A stretch of 35,010 nucleotides of DNA from assembly GCA_002189035.1 (NCBI GenBank), contig NEEC01000067.1:1-35010 (forward strand), given 5' to 3'. The notes under the pieces were generated by a model. It did no database searches. It had not been told where the DNA came from and saw only the letters and a list, made by a program, of their open reading frames with translations. A program made the position numbers and the translations under genes. Positions 1 through 8,200 of this stretch are shown here, one piece after another. How positions within the stretch are numbered: the stretch's first letter is position 1; each line of letters opens with the position of its first letter. The DNA is from Utricularia gibba. Lineage: Eukaryota > Plantae > Magnoliophyta.

Positions 1-261
1 ATTTTTTTTGTCATTGTAGAAAGCTCATCACGCCACGCACACCACCCTGGAGAGGTTTCAACAGCTGTTATGAACTCACAACCCCTTGCTCAGCAGATTC
101 AGTAAAATTCTCTAACACTTGGGCTTCCAACGGATCATATCCCATATTCATTCATACGAAATTGTGCAAGAATAATGTGACTTTGAGTTTGAACTAGATA
201 GTAGGACGCTGATCGAAGAATGGCCCATCGAGTCTCTAAAATTGGCCGTCCTCGCTCAACA

Positions 262-1112
262 AATGTGGGGTGCACGTGACATCCCAATTTCAACAAATGC
301 ATCATGATTTTCGTCGAGTGGGCCCATGAGCCCGTCCGAACCCGGGGCCCGGGCCAAGGGCCCCTCGAGAGCGCCCGCCTCAATACGAGGAGGTGTTCCT
401 TCAAAAACCATATACGCGTCTCGTCACAACCCAACGTTAATAAATGCATCACTTTTTTGGCGCGCTACTGCTGACTTTGGGCCTGAGTTCGGCACGACCT
501 CCGGCTCGATCAGGGTGCCCCACCGAGAGCTCCTCCTTAAGTATAAAGTGTGTTGTTGAAAAAAACCGTGTGCGGTTCTCGTGACATCCTAACTTCAACA
601 AATGCATCACGATTTTCGTCGAGTCGGACGGGACCGGGCTCCCGGGGCCCGGACGAGGCGCAGCGCCCCCTCCCCTCCCCCAAAACTAGAAGGTGTTCCA
701 TGGAAAACCATTTAGGCGGCTCGTGACAACCCAAAGTTAATAAATGCATCACTTTCTTTGCCGGGCTACAATGACTTTACGCTCGAGCCTGGTACGACGT
801 ATGGGAAGATTCGAGTGCCCCCCGAGAGCGTCTCCACAAGTATAAAGCGTGTTGTTGAAAAAACCGTGTTGGTGCACGTGACATCCTAATTTCAACAAAT
901 GTGTCACGATTTTCGCCGAGTGGGACCAGAGTGGGCTCATCAGCCAGACCGAACCCGGGGCCCAAGCCAAGGGCCCCTCGAGAGCGCCCCCCACAAAACT
1001 AGATGGTGTTCCACGAAAAAAAATTAGGCGGCTCGTGATAACCCAACGCTAAGAAATGCATCCCTTTTTTCGCCGGGCTAAAACTGACTTTGGGCTCATG
1101 CCCGCGCGACCC
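262..1112 (+). repeat. Internal GC-rich satellite: diverged ~150-bp monomers in A/B alternation (~300-bp dimer), about 5.5 monomers per unit
   Basis: A box like CGTGACAWCCYAA.(T/G)T(C/T)AA(C/T)AAATGCATCAC starts at 275, 422, 580, 722, 877 and 1034 (spacings 147, 158, 142, 155, 157). A-type monomers begin GATTTTCGYCGAGT and contain CCGGGGCCC. B-type monomers begin with a T-run, then GCTA..(C/A)TGACTTT, and contain AAGTATAAAGYGTGTTGTTGAAAAAA. Present in all 15 units. Confidence 0.92.
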
Positions 1113-1207
1113 CAGCCCGTGTGCATACGCAGCAGCACCACGAGGCCACATGGGCTTGGTTAATGCCCGCGTGCTCGAGCAGCAGCCACAAGGCCATACG
1201 GCCGTGG

Positions 1208-1267
1208 AAAAAAAGAAAAACAACCATAAAATACAATAAGCCAAAAATAAAAAATAAAATTGATAAA
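1208..1267 (+). other. A-rich tract (43 of 60 nt are A)
   Basis: Direct count of AAAAAAAGAAAAACAACCATAAAATACAATAAGCCAAAAATAAAAAATAAAATTGATAAA. It lies between the GC-rich module and the hairpin cluster in every unit. Confidence 0.85.
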
Positions 1268-1422
1268 CCCTTGGTTCGGTTCGGGCCCAATCAAAACCCG
1301 TAGGGTTTAACCCGTTCGGGTTGAACAGAAAGACAACCCCATGGGTCATGCAAACTGTAATACCCAGAATTTCATCGGGTTGGGTCCGAACCTGAATGGA
1401 TCCAACCCAGGCCCATCTCTAA
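1265..1422 (+). other. Cluster of AACCC/GGGTT short inverted repeats resembling a DNA-transposon subterminal/terminal region
   Basis: AAACCC-gta-GGGTTT (1294-1308); AACCC-gttc-GGGTT (1309-1322); ACCC-cat-GGGT (1336-1346); GGGTTGGGTCC-N10-GGATCCAACCC (1377-1408, 10/11 Watson-Crick plus one G:T); then AGGCCCATCTCTAA. The hairpins are seen directly; the transposon interpretation is inference. Confidence 0.6.
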
Positions 1423-1518
1423 TCATAATCATATGATATAGGTTTATTAAATTATAAATAATTGAAATACATTATTTATTAAACCGTAGGATAACTGTGA
1501 AAGCTTCTTTGACTTAAT

Positions 1519-1875
1519 TATACCATTTGATCCTCAGTTGTACTTTGGATGGAGTGTGTATTTTTACTTTAGTCAATTTAATTAGCATTCGATCCTTGGT
1601 TATGATTCAGATCATATTTGCTATTTTTTTACTTTAAATATTTTTATTATCATTCGATCCTTAAGTATAATGCGGATCGAGCGCGTATTTTTTATTTTAA
1701 TATTTTTTATTAGCATTCGAACGTTAGGTATGCTGCGGATCGAGCGTATATTTTTCACTCTCATATTTTTATTAGCCTTAGATCCTTAGGTATACTTTGG
1801 ATCGAGTGCATATTCATTTATTTTAAATCTTAATTAGCGTTCCACCGTTAGGAGCAATTTAGAACGTGTATACAT
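1519..1875 (+). repeat. ~62-bp AT-rich subrepeats, left arm of the foldback (5 full plus 1 degenerate)
   Basis: ATTAGCATTCGATCCTTAGGTATA...GGATCGAG-like monomers start at ~1519, 1581, 1646, 1709, 1771 and 1833 (spacing 62-65). Confidence 0.9.
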
Positions 1876-1962
1876 TACAATGCCATGCCACACGGGCGTG
1901 GTTTACGCACAACCCACGCCCGTGTGCCCTTGCAATGTAAACACGCTCCACATTGCTCCTAA
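1848..1962. repeat. Central hairpin of the foldback
   Basis: TTAGGAGCAAT (1848-1858) pairs with ATTGCTCCTAA (1952-1962). CACACGGGCGTGG (1889-1901) pairs perfectly with CCACGCCCGTGTG (1914-1926) around a 12-nt loop. Confidence 0.92.
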
Positions 1963-1974
1963 GGATCGAGCGTT

Positions 1975-2223
1975 AACACAAGTTTCAAGTAAACCATCTC
2001 CACTCGATCCGAATCATGTCTAAAGACCGAAAGCCAATAAAAATATTAAAATAAAAAATATACGCTCGATCCGCATCATATCTTAGAATCGAATGCAAAT
2101 AGAATCGTTCAAATAAAAAATATACACTCGATTGGAATCTAACCAAGGATCGAATGCTAATTAAAATGATTAAAATAAAAATGCACACTCCATCCAAAGT
2201 ATAACTAAGGGTCGAATGCTAAT
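1975..2223 (-). repeat. ~62-bp subrepeats, right arm of the foldback (about 4 copies, inverted)
   Basis: Monomers end in GCCAAT (2038), GCAAAT (2100), GCTAAT (2161) and GCTAAT (2223). They contain CTCGATCC/GGATCGAATGC, the reverse complement of the left-arm monomer. Confidence 0.87.
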
Positions 2224-5200
2224 AAAATTAAAAACTAAGAAACTTTCACATGTAGTATATGCTTTAATAACTAACGTATTTACATTATTTATATTTTAAT
2301 AAACATATATCACATGATTATAAAAATATTTTTTTTGTCATTGTAGAAAGCTCATCACGCCACGCACACCACCCTGGAGAGGTTTCAACAGCTGTTATGA
2401 ACTCACAACCCCTTGCTCAGCAGATTCAGTAAAATTCTCTAACACTTGGGCTTCCAACGGATCATATCCCATATTCATTCATACGAAATTGTGCAAGAAT
2501 AATGTGACTTTGAGTTTGAACTAGATAGTAGGACGCTGATCGAAGAATGGCCCATCGAGTCTCTAAAATTGGCCGTCCTCGCTCAACAAATGTGGGGTGC
2601 ACGTGACATCCCAATTTCAACAAATGCATCATGATTTTCGTCGAGTGGGCCCATGAGCCCGTCCGAACCCGGGGCCCGGGCCAAGGGCCCCTCGAGAGCG
2701 CCCGCCTCAATACGAGGAGGTGTTCCTTCAAAAACCATATACGCGTCTCGTCACAACCCAACGTTAATAAATGCATCACTTTTTTTGGCGCGCTACTGCT
2801 GACTTTGGGCCTGAGTTCGGCACGACCTCCGGCTCGATCAGGGTGCCCCCCGAGAGCTCCTCCTTAAGTATAAAGTGTGTTGTTGAAAAAAACCGTGTGC
2901 GGTTCTCGTGACATCCTAACTTCAACAAATGCATCACGATTTTCGTCGAGTCGGACGGGACCGGGCTCCCGGGGCCCGGACGAGGCGCAGCGCCCGCTCC
3001 CCCCCCCCAAAACTAGAAGGTGTTCCATGGAAAACCATTTAGGCGGCTCGTGACAACCCAAAGTTAATAAATGCATCACTTTCTTTGCCGGGCTACAATG
3101 ACTTTACGCTCGAGCCTGGTACGACGTATGGGAAGATTCGAGTGCCCCCCGAGAGCGTCTCCACAAGTATAAAGCGTGTTGTTGAAAAAACCGTGTTGGG
3201 TGCACGTGACATCCTAATTTCAACAAATGTGTCACGATTTTCGCCGAGTGGGACCAGAGTGGGCTCATCAGCCAGACCGAACCCGGGGCCCAAGCCAAGG
3301 GCCCCTCGAGAGCGCCCCCCACAAAACTAGATGGTGTTCCACGAAAAAAAATTAGGCGGCTCGTGATAACCCAACGCTAAGAAATGCATCCCTTTTTTCG
3401 CCGGGCTAAAACTGACTTTGGGCTCATGCCCGGCGCGACCCCCAGCCCGTGTGCATACGCAGCAGCACCACGAGGCCACATGGGCTTGGTTAATGCCCGC
3501 GTGCTCGAGCAGCAGCCACAAGGCCATACGGCCGTGGAAAAAAAGAAAAACAACCATAAAATACAATAAGCCAAAAATAAAAAATAAAATTGATAAACCC
3601 TTGGTTCGGTTCGGGCCCAATCAAAACCCGTAGGGTTTAACCCGTTCGGGTTGAACAGAAAGACAACCCATGGGTCATGCAAACTGTAATACCCAGAATT
3701 TCATCGGGTTGGGTCCGAACCTGAATGGATCCAACCCAGGCCCATCTCTAATCATAATCATATGATATAGGTTTATTAAATTATAAATAATTGAAATACA
3801 TTATTTATTAAACCGTAGGATAACTGTGAAAGCTTCTTTGACTTAATTATTACCATTTGATCCTCAGTTGTACTTTGGATGGAGTGTGTATTTTTACTTT
3901 AGTCAATTTAATTAGCATTCGATCCTTGGTTATGATTCAGATCATATTTGCTATTTTTTTACTTTAAATATTTTTATTATCATTCGATCCTTAAGTATAA
4001 TGCGGATCGAGCGCGTATTTTTTATTTTAATATTTTTTATTAGCATTCGAACGTTAGGTATGCTGCGGATCGAGCGTATATTTTTCACTCTCATATTTTT
4101 ATTAGCCTTAGATCCTTAGGTATACTTTGGATCGAGTGCATATTCATTTATTTTAAATCTTAATTAGCGTTCCACCGTTAGGAGCAATTTAGAACGTGTA
4201 TACATTACAATGCCATGCCACACGGGCGTGGTTTACGCACAACCCACGCCCGTGTGCCCTTGCAATGTAAACACGCTCCACATTGCTCCTAAGGATCGAG
4301 CGTTAACACAAGTTTCAAGTAAACCATCTCCACTCGATCCGAATCATGTCTAAAGACCGAAAGCCAATAAAAATATTAAAATAAAAAATATACGCTCGAT
4401 CCGCATCATATCTTAGAATCGAATGCAAATAGAATCGTTCAAATAAAAAATATACACTCGATTGGAATCTTAACCAAGGATCGAATGCTAATTAAAATGA
4501 TTAAAATAAAAATGCACACTCCATCCAAAGTATAACTAAGGGTCGAATGCTAATAAAATTAAAAACTAAGAAACTTTCACATGTAGTATATGCTTTAATA
4601 ACTAACGTATTTACATTATTTATATTTTAATAAACATATATCACATGATTATAAAAATATTTTTTTTGTCATTGTAGAAAGCTCATCACGCCACGCACAC
4701 CACCCTGGAGAGGTTTCAACAGCTGTTATGAACTCACAACCCCTTGCTCAGCAGATTCAGTAAAATTCTCTAACACTTGGGCTTCCAACGGATCATATCC
4801 CATATTCATTCATACGAAATTGTGCAAGAATAATGTGACTTTGAGTTTGAACTAGATAGTAGGACGCTGATCGAAGAATGGCCCATCGAGTCTCTAAAAT
4901 TGGCCGTCCTCGCTCAACAAATGTGGGGTGCACGTGACATCCCAATTTCAACAAATGCATCATGATTTTCGTCGAGTGGGCCCATGAGCCCGTCCGAACC
5001 CGGGGCCCGGGCCAAGGGCCCCTCGAGAGCGCCCGCCTCAATACGAGGAGGTGTTCCTTCAAAAACCATATACGCGTCTCGTCACAACCCAACGTTAATA
5101 AATGCATCACTTTTTTTGGCGCGCTACTGCTGACTTTGGGCCTGAGTTCGGCACGACCTCCGGCTCGATCAGGGTGCCCCCCGAGAGCTCCTCCTTAAGT

Positions 5201-8200
5201 ATAAAGTGTGTTGTTGAAAAAAACCGTGTGCGGTTCTCGTGACATCCTAACTTCAACAAATGCATCACGATTTTCGTCGAGTCGGACGGGACCGGGCTCC
5301 CGGGGCCCGGACGAGGCGCAGCGCCCGCTCCCCTCCCCCCCAAAACTAGAAGGTGTTCCATGGAAAACCATTTAGGCGGCTCGTGACAACCCAAAGTTAA
5401 TAAATGCATCACTTTCTTTGCCGGGCTACAATGACTTTACGCTCGAGCCTGGTACGACGTATGGGAAGATTCGAGTGCCCCCCGAGAGCGTCTCCACAAG
5501 TATAAAGCGTGTTGTTGAAAAAACCGTGTTGGGTGCACGTGACATCCTAATTTCAACAAATGTGTCACGATTTTCGCCGAGTGGGACCAGAGTGGGCTCA
5601 TCAGCCAGACCGAACCCGGGGCCCAAGCCAAGGGCCCCTCGAGAGCGCCCCCCACAAAACTAGATGGTGTTCCACGAAAAAAAATTAGGCGGCTCGTGAT
5701 AACCCAACGCTAAGAAATGCATCCCTTTTTTCGCCGGGCTAAAACTGACTTTGGGCTCATGCCCGGCGCGACCCCCAGCCCGTGTGCATACGCAGCAGCA
5801 CCACGAGGCCACATGGGCTTGGTTAATGCCCGCGTGCTCGAGCAGCAGCCACAAGGCCATACGGCCGTGGAAAAAAAGAAAAACAACCATAAAATACAAT
5901 AAGCCAAAAATAAAAAATAAAATTGATAAACCCTTGGTTCGGTTCGGGCCCAATCAAAACCCGTAGGGTTTAACCCGTTCGGGTTGAACAGAAAGACAAC
6001 CCCATGGGTCATGCAAACTGTAATACCCAGAATTTCATCGGGTTGGGTCCGAACCTGAATGGATCCAACCCAGGCCCATCTCTAATCATAATCATATGAT
6101 ATAGGTTTATTAAATTATAAATAATTGAAATACATTATTTATTAAACCGTAGGATAACTGTGAAAGCTTCTTTGACTTAATTATTACCATTTGATCCTCA
6201 GTTGTACTTTGGATGGAGTGTGTATTTTTACTTTAGTCAATTTAATTAGCATTCGATCCTTGGTTATGATTCAGATCATATTTGCTATTTTTTTACTTTA
6301 AATATTTTTATTATCATTCGATCCTTAAGTATAATGCGGATCGAGCGCGTATTTTTTATTTTAATATTTTTTATTAGCATTCGAACGTTAGGTATGCTGC
6401 GGATCGAGCGTATATTTTTCACTCTCATATTTTTATTAGCCTTAGATCCTTAGGTATACTTTGGATCGAGTGCATATTCATTTATTTTAAATCTTAATTA
6501 GCGTTCCACCGTTAGGAGCAATTTAGAACGTGTATACATTACAATGCCATGCCACACGGGCGTGGTTTACGCACAACCCACGCCCGTGTGCCCTTGCAAT
6601 GTAAACACGCTCCACATTGCTCCTAAGGATCGAGCGTTAACACAAGTTTCAAGTAAACCATCTCCACTCGATCCGAATCATGTCTAAAGACCGAAAGCCA
6701 ATAAAAATATTAAAATAAAAAATATACGCTCGATCCGCATCATATCTTAGAATCGAATGCAAATAGAATCGTTCAAATAAAAAATATACACTCGATTGGA
6801 ATCTTAACCAAGGATCGAATGCTAATTAAAATGATTAAAATAAAAATGCACACTCCATCCAAAGTATAACTAAGGGTCGAATGCTAATAAAATTAAAAAC
6901 TAAGAAACTTTCACATGTAGTATATGCTTTAATAACTAACGTATTTACATTATTTATATTTTAATAAACATATATCACATGATTATAAAAATATTTTTTT
7001 TGTCATTGTAGAAAGCTCATCACGCCACGCACACCACCCTGGAGAGGTTTCAACAGCTGTTATGAACTCACAACCCCTTGCTCAGCAGATTCAGTAAAAT
7101 TCTCTAACACTTGGGCTTCCAACGGATCATATCCCATATTCATTCATACGAAATTGTGCAAGAATAATGTGACTTTGAGTTTGAACTAGATAGTAGGACG
7201 CTGATCGAAGAATGGCCCATCGAGTCTCTAAAATTGGCCGTCCTCGCTCAACAAATGTGGGGTGCACGTGACATCCCAATTTCAACAAATGCATCATGAT
7301 TTTCGTCGAGTGGGCCCATGAGCCCGTCCGAACCCGGGGCCCGGGCCAAGGGCCCCTCGAGAGCGCCCGCCTCAATACGAGGAGGTGTTCCTTCAAAAAC
7401 CATATACGCGTCTCGTCACAACCCAACGTTAATAAATGCATCACTTTTTTTGGCGCGCTACTGCTGACTTTGGGCCTGAGTTCGGCACGACCTCCGGCTC
7501 GATCAGGGTGCCCCCCGAGAGCTCCTCCTTAAGTATAAAGTGTGTTGTTGAAAAAAACCGTGTGCGGTTCTCGTGACATCCTAACTTCAACAAATGCATC
7601 ACGATTTTCGTCGAGTCGGACGGGACCGGGCTCCCGGGGCCCGGACGAGGCGCAGCGCCCGCTCCCTCCCCCCAAAAACTAGAAGGTGTTCCATGGAAAA
7701 CCATTTAGGCGGCTCGTGACAACCCAAAGTTAATAAATGCATCACTTTCTTTGCCGGGCTACAATGACTTTACGCTCGAGCCTGGTACGACGTATGGGAA
7801 GATTCGAGTGCCCCCCGAGAGCGTCTCCACAAGTATAAAGCGTGTTGTTGAAAAAACCGTGTTGGGTGCACGTGACATCCTAATTTCAACAAATGTGTCA
7901 CGATTTTCGCCGAGTGGGACCAGAGTGGGCTCATCAGCCAGACCGAACCCGGGGCCCAAGCCAAGGGCCCCTCGAGAGCGCCCCCCCACAAAACTAGATG
8001 GTGTTCCACGAAAAAAAATTAGGCGGCTCGTGATAACCCAACGCTAAGAAATGCATCCCTTTTTTCGCCGGGCTAAAACTGACTTTGGGCTCATGCCCGG
8101 CGCGACCCCCAGCCCGTGTGCATACGCAGCAGCACCACGAGGCCACATGGGCTTGGTTAATGCCCGCGTGCTCGAGCAGCAGCCACAAGGCCATACGGCC

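Larger units (their letters stand above)
1151..1459 (+). promoter_or_regulatory. Possible plant Pol II promoter-like motif set (site II, telo-box, TATA-like) upstream of and at the start of the foldback
   Basis: TGGGCT 1151-1156; GGCCCA 1284-1289 and 1410-1415; TAGGGTTT 1301-1308 (reverse complement of telo-box AAACCCTA); TATAAAT 1453-1459. The site II plus telo-box combination is established for plant ribosomal-protein and snoRNA promoters. The motifs are short and can arise by chance here. Confidence 0.2.
1425..2321. repeat. ~900-bp imperfect inverted repeat (foldback), one per unit
   Basis: The outer 79 bp of the left arm match the reverse complement of the right end at 65/79. TACTTTGGATGGAGTGTG (1541-1558) pairs perfectly with CACACTCCATCCAAAGTA (2184-2201). 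The centre is at ~1907. Left arm ~476 bp, right arm ~408 bp. Other copies: 3754-4652, 6088-6986, 8422-9320, 10756-11654, 13091-13989, 15425-16323, 17754-18652, 20088-20986, 22421-23319, 24757-25655, 27091-27989, 29425-30323, 31759-32657, 34091-34989. Confidence 0.95.
1423..3751 (+). mobile_element. Putative non-autonomous Helitron-like element (array unit re-phased as 5'-TC ... hairpin-N10-CTAA-3')
   Basis: Begins TC followed by AT-rich sequence. Ends with an 11-bp stem hairpin, a 10-nt spacer and CTAA (fits CTRR), directly abutting the TC of the next copy. No RepHel ORF. The motifs are short, and the 10-nt loop is larger than typical. Junction TC positions: 1423, 3752, 6086, 8420, 10754, 13089, 15423, 17752, 20086, 22419, 24755, 27089, 29423, 31757, 34089. 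Confidence 0.35.

Noticed and set aside
261-272. snRNA upstream sequence element (RTCCCACATCG-like CCCCACATTT on the minus strand)
   Set aside because: Poor match, with no correctly spaced TATA box and no recognisable snRNA body.
135-452. 105-aa minus-strand ORF (MMHLLTLGC...) conserved in all copies, and the other 60-116-aa ORFs
   Set aside because: No recognisable domain. The recurring MHLL(T/K)LGC peptide is simply the 31-bp satellite box read on the minus strand. The ORFs overlap on both strands, and many change length with single-base homopolymer differences. Conservation reflects array identity, not coding selection.
275-1064. CRISPR-like look of a 31-bp repeat with intervening sequences
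   Set aside because: The 'spacers' are ~110-127 bp and homologous to each other, the repeats are degenerate, and there are no cas genes.
1294-1308. Telomeric repeat
   Set aside because: Only a single TAGGGTTT per unit, with no TTTAGGG array. At most an isolated telo-box.
999-1349. Hydrophobic, membrane-like ORFs (…FYFLFLAYCILWLFFFF…)
   Set aside because: These are the translation of the A-rich tract on the minus strand, a compositional artefact.
1270-1400. tRNA or SINE box-B-like GGTTCG motifs
   Set aside because: GGTTCGGTTCG and GGTCCGAACC lack a box A partner and a cloverleaf; they belong to the AACC/GGTT motif cluster.
1-2327. 5S or 45S rDNA repeat unit
   Set aside because: I found no 5S, 5.8S, 18S or 25S conserved sequence and no clear TATATAGGGG-type Pol I start (GATATAGG at ~1435 is only a partial match). 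An IGS origin for the subrepeats cannot be excluded without a search.
1-2327. Concatemer of a CRESS-DNA virus, geminivirus satellite or plasmid (similar size, A-rich region, stem-loops)
   Set aside because: No Rep or capsid ORF, and no TAATATTAC or TAGTATTAC nonanucleotide loop was found.
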